From a virus (Duplodnaviria > Heunggongvirae > Uroviricota > Caudoviricetes): a stretch of DNA of 64,000 nt. The notes beneath the pieces were generated by a model, which was not told the DNA's origin, made no database searches, and saw only the letters and a list, made by a program, of their open reading frames with translations. The stretch covers positions 64,001-128,000 of the IMG/VR virus record IMGVR_UViG_3300012153_000089. The stretch is one strand, 5' to 3'. The stretch's first letter is position 1, and each line of letters opens with the position of its first letter. The translations under genes were made by a program, and so were the position numbers. Shown here piece after piece: positions 38,329 to 49,553 of the stretch.

Positions 38329-38520
38329 ATGATCAATAGAAACAAAGGAAACCACTCTATCATTACTTGGGAGGATCGCTACTATGATGGGTTTGATGTA
38401 GACTACTACGATGAAAAGCTGGTATCAAGATGGATGAAAGAAGGAACTAAAGATTGTATTGAATATTTGGACACTGTAGACAATGAAGTAATGTGGTACA
38501 AAAATAATATGAATAAATAA
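38329..38520 (+). CDS. hypothetical protein
   Basis: RBS AAAGGA; precedes RNA polymerase. Confidence 0.55.
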   Translation: MINRNKGNHSIITWEDRYYDGFDVDYYDEKLVSRWMKEGTKDCIEYLDTVDNEVMWYKNNMNK

Positions 38521-38553
38521 TACATAGAAATATTATAAGTAAAGGGTGTTTGA

Positions 38554-41121
38554 ATGGCATTGGATAAGCAAGTATACATATATAGCGTCGATACTAGCGC
38601 TTTTTTCACTCAAAAGGAAAGTTTGCTGAGAAAAGAAATCAACAAAGCTAAACAAAAGAATGAGAATGAAAAAGTAAAAGAACTAGATAAGAGTTTTCGA
38701 AATATCATTGACTCAAACATCCACTTGAAACGAAAACTAAACCCACATAGCTTGTCCATTAACAACAAAGTCTCATTGTTTGAGTCCTCTCTGACACGGA
38801 CGTTGAGTCTAGAAGAAAATAATACATATGAAGATGTAATAATTGTAGAAACACACTATTATAGTATTTTCGATAGCCTTATCGAGAATGGATTTACTCT
38901 AAATGATGAAGAGTATGTTCCTTTTACAGCATCAGCAGGTCAAATAAGAACTAAAAAGACTGTATTTATGAAGAAAACGACTTGGGACAATGTTAAGGAT
39001 ACACTAACATGTGGCCTTTCTGAAGAAAAGATAAATAAGCACTACGATATTAACAAAGACAATAAGAGATTTTATGGTGTAAGCATTAATAAATATTTGG
39101 CTTATCTTGCACTTTGTTCAAGTGCTACAGATGAATGGAAGGATTTTAACATTGACCGTTCGATTGTAGTTGAAGATTTTGAGACTTCAATTAATACAAC
39201 GGTAGATTTTGTTGACGATGTAACTTATAACGTTAAACGCAGAAAGATGGATATTCCCATTAATCATACTGATGGGTGCGGCATGATTTTGCCAAGGAAA
39301 AGTAAAAAGTCGTTCATGGTTCGACTTCCATGGGTCAAAGGATTGCTAGTTCCCTTCCCATACGACAAATTCATAGATAAGAATAATTCCACAGTTACAG
39401 ATATCTATGGCAAAAAACATGATGTACTTAAAGAAAAAATTGAAGTAATTTTCACCAAAAGCCAGTTTAAGATGTGGAAATATTATGAGAATTGGGATGA
39501 ATACAAAAAACTTTACAAGCAATACAAGTGTCATGCTAGTTTAACTAATATAGAAGAAGATGAACTGAGCTCTGCTCGGCTATGTTACCAGATGTTGCAA
39601 ACTCTGACCCTCATCTCAGATGAGCAACTGGACAATCTAGTTTCAATAACTAGAGGAGAAATTCAAGAAACAGTTAACAACCCCGAAAAAATGCTAAATC
39701 TAATGGGGGCTTCTAAAGGACGTTTTGAGGATAAGAATAATTTACAACAAGCTCTTTTTATATATCCAGAACTGCTTTTAGATCCGCATGTAAAAACCAA
39801 ACTAAAAGAAGCCAAGGCTAGTCTTATGAGAAAAGTGTATACAGGTAAAATTAAAGTTGAGGGCTGCTATACTTTTATTGCTCCAGATTTGTATGCATTT
39901 TGTGAGCATTTGTTTAACGGAGAGGAAAATCCTCTAGGTTTACTACAAAACGGTAAAGTTTCATGCAAGGCGATAACGGGAGGTACAAAGGTTGACCTCC
40001 TGCGTTCTCCACACCTGTATAAAGAACACGCAGTAAGGATGAACACAAGAAATGAACTCACAGAAAAATGGTTTATTACTAAAAACATCCACACTTCAAT
40101 TCATGATCCAATTAGTAAAGTGCTTATGTTTGATTGTGACGGAGATAAAGTCACAGTTAGCAATGATGAGACGTTGGTTTCTGTAGCTGAAAGGAATATG
40201 GTTGATGTTGTTCCACTTTACTATGATATGAAGAAAGCTCCAGCAGAAAAAATAAACAGAAAAAGCGTTAAAGAGAATTTAAAAAGAGCGTTTTCTGGAA
40301 ATATCGGTATTGTAAGTAACGATATTACTAAGCTATGGAATAGTGACTCAGTTGATATTGATTTAGTTAAAATTAGAACAATGGAAAATAACTTTGAGAT
40401 TGATGCAGCAAAAACAAACTATAAGCCTGTCCGACCAAAGCATATCAAAGCAATGTTTAAACCTTTCAATAAAATGAAAATGCCTCATTTTTTTACTTAC
40501 GAAAAATATAGGCTTAAGCCACAAGACAGGAAAAAGAAAAAGCCGAAACGAACCACAGAACCATGGAATGAATCCACAACAGTAAATAGAATTAAAAACC
40601 TTTTTCCTGATGTTCGTATTAAATTTAAAGCAGTCACTGATATGTATGAGTTTGATTATAGCAATCTGATGCGCGCTAGTAGAGATAAAAACGAGCTGTA
40701 TTATTCAATTAGGGATAAATATGAAGAGTTAAATAATGAAAAATGGAAGTTTTCCTCAAAAAGTAGTAATGGCGACATAAATAATTCTGACCACCTTCCT
40801 GTCTATGTTTATATTAGACAAGAATTAATGAAGTTATGTAACGATCCATTCTTAATCGCAGATGTTATTATCGAACATCTATATGCGGGTTCGAATAGTA
40901 GTTATAAGACTACACTATGGTCGAGTTTCGGTGACATAATCGTGGAGAACTTGAAGCACAACCTTTCTACTAGATTAAAGCTTTGTGAGAAATGTGGAAC
41001 CGTGTTTTCCAATAAAAGAGATAAAAGTATGAACAATAAGAAATATTGCGACCCCTGTTCTGTTGAAGTGAGAAAGGACAAAGTAAGAGAGAATGTTAGA
41101 AATTTGAGGAGTAAGAGTTAA
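38554..41121 (+). CDS. yonO: YonO-like single-subunit two-barrel RNA polymerase
   Basis: 855 aa with LRSPH and MFDCDGD catalytic motif; SPbeta synteny with HU and yonK. Confidence 0.9.
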   Translation: MALDKQVYIYSVDTSAFFTQKESLLRKEINKAKQKNENEKVKELDKSFRNIIDSNIHLKRKLNPHSLSINNKVSLFESSLTRTLSLEENNTYEDVIIVETHYYSIFDSLIENGFTLNDEEYVPFTASAGQIRTKKTVFMKKTTWDNVKDTLTCGLSEEKINKHYDINKDNKRFYGVSINKYLAYLALCSSATDEWKDFNIDRSIVVEDFETSINTTVDFVDDVTYNVKRRKMDIPINHTDGCGMILPRKSKKSFMVRLPWVKGLLVPFPYDKFIDKNNSTVTDIYGKKHDVLKEKIEVIFTKSQFKMWKYYENWDEYKKLYKQYKCHASLTNIEEDELSSARLCYQMLQTLTLISDEQLDNLVSITRGEIQETVNNPEKMLNLMGASKGRFEDKNNLQQALFIYPELLLDPHVKTKLKEAKASLMRKVYTGKIKVEGCYTFIAPDLYAFCEHLFNGEENPLGLLQNGKVSCKAITGGTKVDLLRSPHLYKEHAVRMNTRNELTEKWFITKNIHTSIHDPISKVLMFDCDGDKVTVSNDETLVSVAERNMVDVVPLYYDMKKAPAEKINRKSVKENLKRAFSGNIGIVSNDITKLWNSDSVDIDLVKIRTMENNFEIDAAKTNYKPVRPKHIKAMFKPFNKMKMPHFFTYEKYRLKPQDRKKKKPKRTTEPWNESTTVNRIKNLFPDVRIKFKAVTDMYEFDYSNLMRASRDKNELYYSIRDKYEELNNEKWKFSSKSSNGDINNSDHLPVYVYIRQELMKLCNDPFLIADVIIEHLYAGSNSSYKTTLWSSFGDIIVENLKHNLSTRLKLCEKCGTVFSNKRDKSMNNKKYCDPCSVEVRKDKVRENVRNLRSKS

Positions 41122-41326
41122 AATACATAATTATTATCGTGTAATCAATTCTAAAATTACTCTAGATACTGAAAGCCTTATATATCAACGTTTTGATAAA
41201 TTTGAGAGTAATTTTAGATAGGTGTTTTAGGGGAGGTATGCTAATTCACGGCTTAATGACAAGTAACAGAAGTTTCAAATGGCATACTTTCACCACAACA
41301 AATAAAACATTAAGGGAGATTTATAA

Positions 41327-41602
41327 ATGAATAAAACAGTATTGGTAAATGCAGTATCAGAGACAACCGGATTGACTAAGAAAGATACAGAACAAGTTAT
41401 CAACGAGATGCTACAAGTTATTACAAGTGCGCTCGCCAATGGAGATAAGGTACAATTGCATGGCTTTGGTAACTTTGAAGTTCGTGATCGCGCAGCACGG
41501 AAAGGGCGCAATCCTCAGACTGGCGAAGAAATGCACATTCCAGCCAGTAAGTCTCCAGCATTCAAACCTGCTACAGCTCTAAAAAACGCTGTAAAAGAGT
41601 AA
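41327..41602 (+). CDS. hup: HU-family DNA-binding protein (YonN-like)
   Basis: MNKTVLV...[34 protein letters not shown]. Confidence 0.95.
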   Translation: MNKTVLVNAVSETTGLTKKDTEQVINEMLQVITSALANGDKVQLHGFGNFEVRDRAARKGRNPQTGEEMHIPASKSPAFKPATALKNAVKE

Positions 41603-41732
41603 TTTCATAGTCTTCTTATAATAAAATAACATTAATAAATACATATAACTCGAAAGAATTAGGGAGACATCTAATGTCTCCTCTCTTCTATTGTTTTAGT
41701 TTTAAATAATATGCATACGGGGGCAATATAAT

Positions 41733-41927
41733 ATGGCTAAGAATAAAGATAGTAAAACAGTTAATCGTACAGGTACGTTTGATATGGATAAAATGCAAAT
41801 TACCGCTGAAGATAAAAACGGTATTTACACCTACGACGTAAAGGCTTTGCTTCAGGAGTTTGATGGTGAACAAATTTCCTTCACACTAGCTTCCGACTTT
41901 AATCCAAGTCATGTGGTTGAAGAGTAG
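41733..41927 (+). CDS. YonK-family protein
   Basis: SKTVNRTG.FDMD.M.IT....YDV..LL.EFDG..ISF; synteny. Confidence 0.7.
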   Translation: MAKNKDSKTVNRTGTFDMDKMQITAEDKNGIYTYDVKALLQEFDGEQISFTLASDFNPSHVVEE

Positions 41928-41937
41928 GAGTGAGTTA

Positions 41938-43152
41938 ATGACTCCAAATATACTATTCAGGGAAACATCTGAAGGGATCAATGACTATTTAGTTAGATTG
42001 GGAGACAATCAGGAGCTGTATGGCTTAAACTGGATTCAAATTGCTGATCTACTCAACAAAGAATCGGGCGAAGAGTTTTCAGAATCAAGATGGCGTAAAG
42101 ATTATGCTTCATATTCTAAATGGAAGCCCATTATCCTAGAAAAATATGCAACTAATGAAGTCGTAGATGAAATTAGAGATGCTACATTTGAATCAAAAAA
42201 AGAACGTATTAAGCTTCAAACTGAAAAGATTGAATATAACAAGATGATTCGTGAGCAAGGTAGAGCGGATTTGCTGAATGAGAAGATTATAGAAGCAGTA
42301 ATTAATCGTCCGACCATACATATTCCAGAAATTTATATTAAAAAAAATAACGACAAACGTGACTTCCTCTTCCCCATCGCAGATCTCCATGATGGTGTCT
42401 CATTCAGGTTACTAGGTTGGGAAGGTGAAGTTCTCAACGAGTACAGCCCAGAAATTCTAGAGCAGCGCATGTGGAAGTTGCTTGAAGAGTTTGTAATCAT
42501 CAACGATGAGCAGAAAATTAACCACGTCACTCTTCCTAATTTAGGTGATAGTGTTGATGGTATTCTTCGCATGAGCCAGTTAATGAGTCTGAAAATGGGA
42601 GTTACTGACTCTGCAATCCATTTTGCTGAATTTATGAGTCAGTGGTTGAACGAATTGTCTAAGTATTGTTTAGTTGACTACTACTCCATCTTTGGAAATC
42701 ATGATCAACTTAGATTACTGTCAGGTAAAAGAGATGAATTTCCACATGAAAATGCTCAAAAGTGGATTACTAAGCTGATTTCAGCAAATTTAAAGGAAAA
42801 TAAAAATGTTTCAGTAACTAATTGCAATGAATTCATGTATCTAGACATCCTTGGCACAAAAGTGTTAGGAGTCCATGGCGAGAACGAGAAAAACCTTGAG
42901 AACAGTATCAAAGACTACTCTTTAACCTATAGTAAACCAGTCCATCTCCTTCTCAGCGGACATTTGCATCACTCACATGAGAAAACTATTGGCATGAATG
43001 GTATGAGAGATATTGAATACGTTCAGTCCCCTTCTATCATCGGTATCGATGACTATTCGCTAAAACTCAAAAAGACATCGAACGCTGGTGCGAAAGTAAT
43101 GATTTTGGAAGAAAACAAAGGACGTACACTCACCTATAACATTAGATTGTAA
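41938..43152 (+). CDS. calcineurin-like metallophosphoesterase (YonJ-like)
   Basis: ADLHDG, LGDSVDG, GNHD, HGE, GHLHH motifs. Confidence 0.85.
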   Translation: MTPNILFRETSEGINDYLVRLGDNQELYGLNWIQIADLLNKESGEEFSESRWRKDYASYSKWKPIILEKYATNEVVDEIRDATFESKKERIKLQTEKIEYNKMIREQGRADLLNEKIIEAVINRPTIHIPEIYIKKNNDKRDFLFPIADLHDGVSFRLLGWEGEVLNEYSPEILEQRMWKLLEEFVIINDEQKINHVTLPNLGDSVDGILRMSQLMSLKMGVTDSAIHFAEFMSQWLNELSKYCLVDYYSIFGNHDQLRLLSGKRDEFPHENAQKWITKLISANLKENKNVSVTNCNEFMYLDILGTKVLGVHGENEKNLENSIKDYSLTYSKPVHLLLSGHLHHSHEKTIGMNGMRDIEYVQSPSIIGIDDYSLKLKKTSNAGAKVMILEENKGRTLTYNIRL

Positions 43153-43316
43153 CTTTAAAAGAATACATAAATCGACTACCTGATTAAATATAGAATCGGG
43201 TTTTTTCTTATTTATTTTTACATGGGGAGAACCTGCCATAAGGTTCTTTAAACCGGACGCTCCCTCCTACCCCATGGTTTTTTCATTAAGGAGCATGTTT
43301 AGGAAGGTGATGCAGA

Positions 43317-44219
43317 ATTACTGCTTCAAAGAATATAAAATTAAAATGTTTAAAGTGTAATGAGTTGAAAATGCCAACTACTTTCTATGTGAACACGAAT
43401 CCGCTGTTCTCCACTGATAAGATTCAAATATGTAAGAAATGTATATCTGATCACATTGGATCAAAAGGGTCAAATGGCTATGAGGATCGAATTAAATCTG
43501 TACTGGCAATTATGGATAAGCCCTTCATTTACGATGTATGGGTGAGTAGCGATAAAGATTGGAGTAAGTACATCCCTCAAATCTCTTCGTTATCACATTA
43601 TAAAGGAAAGACTTTTTCCGATAGTGTAGTTAATTCAATTTCAGAATATAGTACTACTGATGATTTGAATGAATACTCAGAAAAACAGGTTGCTCTAAAC
43701 GATGATGAAAAAAATAAATATGTGTCTTTCTGGGGAAAAGGATATGAAATTGATGACTACTTATATTTGGAAAATGAATATGAAACACTCTTAAGTTCAT
43801 ATGAATGTGACTCTTATGCTCAAGAGATGCTTTTTCAAGAGATAGCTCATGAAAAATTGTCCATTAGAAAAGCAAGAGAAGCTAACAAACCTACAGAAAA
43901 GCTACTAAAGACACTACAAGAACTACTTGGTTCGTCTAATATCAAACCAGTTCAAGAAACTGGAGCAAATGCAACAGAACAGTCGACCTTTGGAACACTG
44001 ATTAAAAAGTACGAGAATGAGAGACCAGTTCCTGAACCAGATCCGATGTGGGCTGATGTTGATGGAATCAAAAAATATGTGCAAATTTGGTTTTTAGGTC
44101 ATTTATGCAGAATGCTAGGAATTAACAATGAATATGCGCAAATGTATGAAGATGAGATTTCAAAGTACAAGGTCGATGCGCCTGAATATGTCGAAGACGA
44201 TGACACGGTGAACTCATGA
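43317..44219 (+). CDS. packaging-associated protein / candidate terminase small subunit (ATT start)
   Basis: Frame opens at ATT 43317 after AAGGTGA and restores N-terminal CLKC pairing with CKKC; overlaps terL start. Confidence 0.55.
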   Translation: MTASKNIKLKCLKCNELKMPTTFYVNTNPLFSTDKIQICKKCISDHIGSKGSNGYEDRIKSVLAIMDKPFIYDVWVSSDKDWSKYIPQISSLSHYKGKTFSDSVVNSISEYSTTDDLNEYSEKQVALNDDEKNKYVSFWGKGYEIDDYLYLENEYETLLSSYECDSYAQEMLFQEIAHEKLSIRKAREANKPTEKLLKTLQELLGSSNIKPVQETGANATEQSTFGTLIKKYENERPVPEPDPMWADVDGIKKYVQIWFLGHLCRMLGINNEYAQMYEDEISKYKVDAPEYVEDDDTVNS

Positions 44220-45997
44220 GTGGACATAAAAACTTCCAAGTGAAACGAAATAAATCCACTCAGGGAAACAACCTTTTCGAAAAGGGAAGAAATTACAACA
44301 AGCATTCTGACAATTTATCAAAATCAGACAGATTAAACCAAGGAATTGGCATATGGGCAAGCTTTTATCGAGCAAATCCACAGAGATTTGTAAAAGAATA
44401 CTTAGGAATCAATCTGAAAATGTTTCAGATGATCCTTATTTTCATGATGAACTTGTCTCATTATTTTATGTACCTTGCTAGTCGTGGGCAAGGAAAGACA
44501 TTTTTGACCTCAATATATTGCTGTGTTAGAGCCATCCTTTATCCTGAGACTAAAATAATTATAGCATCAGGAACTAAAGGTCAAGCAAGAGAAGTAATAG
44601 AAAAGATTGATGATCTGAGAAAAAACTCCTCTAACTTGGCTAGGGAAATATCTGATTTATCCACCTCGGCAAATGATCCAAAAGTTGAGTTTCATAATGG
44701 TAGTTGGATAAAGGTTGTCGCTTCAAATGATGGTGCTAGAAGTAAACGTGCAAATCTTCTGATAGCAGATGAGTTCCGTATGATTGATCTTGATATTATA
44801 AATAAAGTTCTCCGTAAGTTCCTCACCGCCCCTCGTCAACCCAAGTATCTAAACAAACCTGAATACGCACATCTTCAAGAAAGAAATAAAGAAGTCTATC
44901 TATCCTCCTGTTGGTACACCGTTCACTGGTCTTGGGCAAAATTAAAGTCATTTTATAAATCCATGGTATCCGGTAAAAGCTATTTTGTTTGCGGTCTACC
45001 CTATCAATTGGCAATTAAAGAAAGTTTATTGATGGAAGATCAAGTTAAAGATGAAATGTCAGAAGAAGATTTCGATGCTACAGCATTTTTCATGGAAATG
45101 GAATGCATGTTCTTCGGGGAATCTGAAAAGGCATTCTTTAAATATGAAGACTTAAATAAAAATCGTAGACTTAATAAACCCCTGTATCCTAGAGAATATT
45201 ACGGTCTGATTAAAGATAAAACATTCCAATATGAAACTAAAAAACTTGGTGAGATCAGATTGGTCAGTTGTGACATTGCGGGTATGGCTGGAAAAGAAAA
45301 TGACAGTAGTGTTTACACTATTTTTCGATTAGTTCCGAGTGCAAAAGGTTTTGATCGCCATATCATTTATATGGAGAGTATTTCCGGAGGTCATACTACC
45401 ACTCAGGCTGTTAGAATCAGACAGTTATTTAACGATTTTGACTGTGACTATCTTGTTTTAGATACACAAAGCATGGGACTTGGTATTTATGATTCCTTAG
45501 TTCAACCTCTCTTCGATCAGGATAGAAATATTGAGTACGATCCTTGGAATTGTATTAACGATGAGAAGATGGCTGAGAGATGCACTTACCCAACTGCTCC
45601 AAAAGTTATCTACAGTATAAAGGGTAATCAAGTATTTAACAGTCAATGCGCTATCTTGCTTAGAGATGGACTCAAGAAGGGCAAAGTTAAACTCTTGCTT
45701 AACGATATGGAAGGAAGAGAATATCTTAAGAAACTAAAAGGCTACTCCGACCTCCCAGTAGAATTGCAAGTAAAATATGAGATGCCTTTCAACCAGACCA
45801 CTCTATTGATTAATGAGATGATCAATCTAGAAGGTGAAATCACAGATAATGGACTCGTCCGACTCAGAGAACCAAAGACAAAAAGAAAAGACAGATACAG
45901 CTCAGTTACATACGGAAATTACATTGCAACCGAACTAGAAAGAAGTCTATTTAGAGAAACGAATAACGATGATCATCATTTCTTTATTTATGGCTAA
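44216..45997 (+). CDS. terL: terminase large subunit (YonF-like)
   Basis: ASRGQGKT Walker A, LIADEF Walker B, SCDIA nuclease, KDRYSS. Confidence 0.9.
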   Translation: MSGHKNFQVKRNKSTQGNNLFEKGRNYNKHSDNLSKSDRLNQGIGIWASFYRANPQRFVKEYLGINLKMFQMILIFMMNLSHYFMYLASRGQGKTFLTSIYCCVRAILYPETKIIIASGTKGQAREVIEKIDDLRKNSSNLAREISDLSTSANDPKVEFHNGSWIKVVASNDGARSKRANLLIADEFRMIDLDIINKVLRKFLTAPRQPKYLNKPEYAHLQERNKEVYLSSCWYTVHWSWAKLKSFYKSMVSGKSYFVCGLPYQLAIKESLLMEDQVKDEMSEEDFDATAFFMEMECMFFGESEKAFFKYEDLNKNRRLNKPLYPREYYGLIKDKTFQYETKKLGEIRLVSCDIAGMAGKENDSSVYTIFRLVPSAKGFDRHIIYMESISGGHTTTQAVRIRQLFNDFDCDYLVLDTQSMGLGIYDSLVQPLFDQDRNIEYDPWNCINDEKMAERCTYPTAPKVIYSIKGNQVFNSQCAILLRDGLKKGKVKLLLNDMEGREYLKKLKGYSDLPVELQVKYEMPFNQTTLLINEMINLEGEITDNGLVRLREPKTKRKDRYSSVTYGNYIATELERSLFRETNNDDHHFFIYG

Positions 45998-46021
45998 GTT
46001 TACGTTTTAAGTAGAGAGAAG

Positions 46022-47533
46022 GTGAAAATAATAACTGATAATCACAATGGGTTAGTAGACAGTAGCTATTTCGAACTATCATCCTTTCACGATTTCTTGT
46101 CTCAGTACAGCCAGCAGAGCGCAGTCATCGATGTGAATTTAAAAGATCTATATCTTTGGCTCAGGAATCCGCTACAGCATCGAAAAAATCTTATTAAGTT
46201 GAGTAGGTACTATTACAACAAAGAAGGTATTGTAACTGATATTTACGATCTTTTCAAAACCCTTCCTGTTTTAAACTACTCAGTAAACTTAAATAATGAG
46301 GCAACAGCCTATAAAAAAAATAAGACTCAGATAAACGGATTCATTAAGAAGATAAACGTCAAGAAGCTTGCCAGAGATACTCTTTTTACACAAATAGTCG
46401 AGGGTGTTTGTGTCTGGTACAACCGAGGGAATAAATACATACAGTTTTTAGAGACTGATCAAATATGCATCGAATATATGGTTAATGGTCGTTGGCAAGT
46501 GCTTTATGACTTAGAATACTTGTCTAGTTATAAGCTCAACGCAGGGCTTGCTCAGCAAATAAATGCAGCACCCGACGAGGTCACAACTAGAAAATACTTA
46601 GACTATAAGGCTGGTAAAGGTGAACGTTTCGTGCCTCTTGATATTCACAAAACTCAAGTGTTTAAACTTCGCGGCTCAAGGAATGAACCTTACAGTATCC
46701 CCTACTGTATTCCTGCTGTAGCAAGTATTCTCCATAGAGATTTATTAGAGAAGACTGAAAAGGCACTGGCTGATCGAGTTACCAACCAAATCATCATTCA
46801 GAAAATCGGAACCATTCCCAGTCAAGATGGAAAAACTCAACTTCCTGTGTCAAAAGATGCCACTCAAGGTTACCATAATAACCTTAAAAATCTGGTTCAA
46901 AAAAAGCACGACCATCACTCTCCAGATAGCTCCTCTACCGCTCCCCTCACAGTCCCTTCATTTATCAACATAGAAGAACTCAAGGTCAATATGAATACCT
47001 TTCCAAAAGAGGTGTGGGAAAGAATTGAAAGAGATATTTATAAAAAATTAGGTTATTCAATGTCGCTTAACATGGGCGGTGCTAATGGTCAAAGCTTTGG
47101 TTCATCTTCAATTAATGTAGAAAAAATCTACTCCACTATCTTCTACATGTTAGAGGATATTGAAGAAGCTTTGAACTTTTACATGGAACAGATAGCAACA
47201 AATGATAACTTGAATCCTTCTATTCGATTCAGCCGCGCAACGATCTTAGATAAGGAGACTGGCTTCAAACAGGCAGAATCCCTATATCTTAAAGGTCGTG
47301 GCAGCCTAAAAGACTATGTTGAATCAGCCGGATATAATTTCGACCACTGGCTTGCTCAGGTTAAATATGAAAATGATGTTCTGAAACTTGACGAACTCCC
47401 CGTTCATGCCACTAGTTTCACACAGAGTGGCGACAACTCATCTGGAAGAAAGAGTGAGAACAAGTCAACAGACGAATCAGATAAGAATAATAATAGCAAT
47501 GCCAATGATAGTCCATTCCCAAGCAATTCCTAA
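46022..47533 (+). CDS. portal protein (YonE-like)
   Basis: 503 aa directly after terL. Confidence 0.75.
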   Translation: MKIITDNHNGLVDSSYFELSSFHDFLSQYSQQSAVIDVNLKDLYLWLRNPLQHRKNLIKLSRYYYNKEGIVTDIYDLFKTLPVLNYSVNLNNEATAYKKNKTQINGFIKKINVKKLARDTLFTQIVEGVCVWYNRGNKYIQFLETDQICIEYMVNGRWQVLYDLEYLSSYKLNAGLAQQINAAPDEVTTRKYLDYKAGKGERFVPLDIHKTQVFKLRGSRNEPYSIPYCIPAVASILHRDLLEKTEKALADRVTNQIIIQKIGTIPSQDGKTQLPVSKDATQGYHNNLKNLVQKKHDHHSPDSSSTAPLTVPSFINIEELKVNMNTFPKEVWERIERDIYKKLGYSMSLNMGGANGQSFGSSSINVEKIYSTIFYMLEDIEEALNFYMEQIATNDNLNPSIRFSRATILDKETGFKQAESLYLKGRGSLKDYVESAGYNFDHWLAQVKYENDVLKLDELPVHATSFTQSGDNSSGRKSENKSTDESDKNNNSNANDSPFPSNS

Positions 47534-47561
47534 ATGTCTCTCCAAATAACTAGCTAAGGAG

Positions 47562-49046
47562 GTGATAAAAATAAATAAAGAGAAAGTAATCTCCCTCAAA
47601 TCAAAAAATCTAGAACTGAACAGCACCTCAAATGATGTATACATGGAATTAAGTATGTGTATCCTGACTGACCAACCCAATCTAAACAACCTGAAGTTCA
47701 ACGAGAGTTACATTAAGGGTGTAGTTGCGAATAAAGACAGATTTATAGGTATACCCTTAGTTGTCAATCGTACAAAACTTGAGAATGGATTTTTTGCAAG
47801 CCTTAATCACGAACTAGATAAACATACAAGTTTACTTAAAACTGACACAATAGGTACTTTTGTTGATTTCCGCGAAGAAACGGACGCCGATGGTGCTTTA
47901 AAACTTATGGGCGATGTAAGAATACTTAAACGATACCCTACTGTTTGCGAATCAATTATCGCTCTATATGAATCAGGCGATCTAGAATTTAGTTGTGAAG
48001 CAATGGTGTATGGATATGAATCTATCGATGATGATACGGGTATTCGAACTGTAGACTACGAATTCGAAGGTAAGGTAAATTCCTTGTTTGGTTCCTGTAT
48101 TGTATCAGAACCAGCCGAGGTAAAATCGAAACCAACCCTATTGGTAGCACAGGCTCTAGAAAAAGATTTGGGAGAAGAAATAAAGATGACTAAAACTGAT
48201 ATTGGATTTAATAAAGATATTGAAATTGCGTACCATGGAAAACTGGAGCTCTCGTCACTAAAATTTTCTGATGTTTCAAATCAAATTTACAACATCCTTA
48301 ATCCTATCAATCCTCGAAGTAACTATCGTTCATACAACTACTATATTCAGGAAATGTACACTGATCATGTGATTGTTGAAGATGAAGATGATTACAAAGT
48401 TCTTTTCAAGATCAACTATAAGATTGAGAACGATATTGTTATTCTGGACGACAAGGAAAACTGGATTGAAGGTTATAAAGGGTTCATCCCAAAAGGCGTG
48501 AATGTAGATGAACTAATTGAAGCAAGAGAAAAAGAAGAATCAGAGGCAACGACCGTCGCTACCGAACTAAATGCAAAACATAAGGAGGCAACTGAGAAAA
48601 TGGAAGAAGAAGTAAAAGAGCTAAACAGTAAAATTGAAGAACTAGATAAACAAGTCAAAGAACTCAATAGCGCTCTAGTTGGTAAACAAGAAGAGATTCA
48701 GAGTCTTGAGGAAAGCAAAAAAGAGTTGAACTCTATAATTGAAGAATTGGAACCTTATAAATCTAAAGTTGAAACAGCAGAAAAAGAACGGCAAATTAAT
48801 GAACTGCAAAGCAAATATCAAAAAGTGCTTACTGAAGAGTCAATGCAGTCTGAAGAAGTAGTACAAGCAATTAATGAACTAAACTCTAGCAAACTAGATG
48901 CCATTGTGGTCGCACAGATTTTGAGCAAGTCTTCTAAGGATGAAACAGAAGATCAAAAAGAAGAAACTGTAATTGTTACTGCTTCAAAACAGCAAGACCT
49001 TATCCCTCAATCAGCAAAAGAACGTCTTTACGCACCACGAAACTAA
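47562..49046 (+). CDS. prohead protease/scaffold (YonD-like)
   Basis: Protease-like N-domain (FSCE), acidic coiled-coil C-half. Confidence 0.65.
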   Translation: MIKINKEKVISLKSKNLELNSTSNDVYMELSMCILTDQPNLNNLKFNESYIKGVVANKDRFIGIPLVVNRTKLENGFFASLNHELDKHTSLLKTDTIGTFVDFREETDADGALKLMGDVRILKRYPTVCESIIALYESGDLEFSCEAMVYGYESIDDDTGIRTVDYEFEGKVNSLFGSCIVSEPAEVKSKPTLLVAQALEKDLGEEIKMTKTDIGFNKDIEIAYHGKLELSSLKFSDVSNQIYNILNPINPRSNYRSYNYYIQEMYTDHVIVEDEDDYKVLFKINYKIENDIVILDDKENWIEGYKGFIPKGVNVDELIEAREKEESEATTVATELNAKHKEATEKMEEEVKELNSKIEELDKQVKELNSALVGKQEEIQSLEESKKELNSIIEELEPYKSKVETAEKERQINELQSKYQKVLTEESMQSEEVVQAINELNSSKLDAIVVAQILSKSSKDETEDQKEETVIVTASKQQDLIPQSAKERLYAPRN

Positions 49047-49071
49047 TTTTAAATACTAGGAGGATCTATAA

Positions 49072-49524
49072 ATGTCCGCAATTATTAATCAATCAACAGA
49101 TAATACATATATCGGAAATCTCAAATCAACTGTACAAACAGCTAACGGTGTCTTTGTAACACCGAATTATAGTACTCAATCAGCAACACCTGTAGTGGAC
49201 GCTACTGCTGGTGACAAAGCAGGTTTGTTGATGGTTTACAACCAAAATACACACATTGACCAAGAACTTGTAGCTGATGCCGACTTCGTTGTTCCTGCCA
49301 ACAAATTTCTACGACTTAAGCCTTTCCTTCCAAGTAACGCTTTTACCACTGACCAAATCAATGGAGACATTTCCATTTTCAATGAAAATACTATCGTGGC
49401 TGTTGGTGCTGGGGGCAAACTAGAAGCGGTGGGATCTCGTACCCCAGCAATGACTTTTGTTGTAAAAGAGAAAACAACTCTATATGGTAAGCCAGCTCTT
49501 AAAGTTCAAGTAGTAACTGTTTAA
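49072..49524 (+). CDS. capsid decoration/cement protein
   Basis: 150-aa beta-rich ORF between scaffold and capsid. Confidence 0.5.
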   Translation: MSAIINQSTDNTYIGNLKSTVQTANGVFVTPNYSTQSATPVVDATAGDKAGLLMVYNQNTHIDQELVADADFVVPANKFLRLKPFLPSNAFTTDQINGDISIFNENTIVAVGAGGKLEAVGSRTPAMTFVVKEKTTLYGKPALKVQVVTV

Positions 49525-49553
49525 TAATACATAACTCGGAGGAATAAAAACAC

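Noticed and set aside
43200-43275. tRNA gene
   Set aside because: No T-loop (GTTCRA) or D-loop consensus and no proper anticodon arm.
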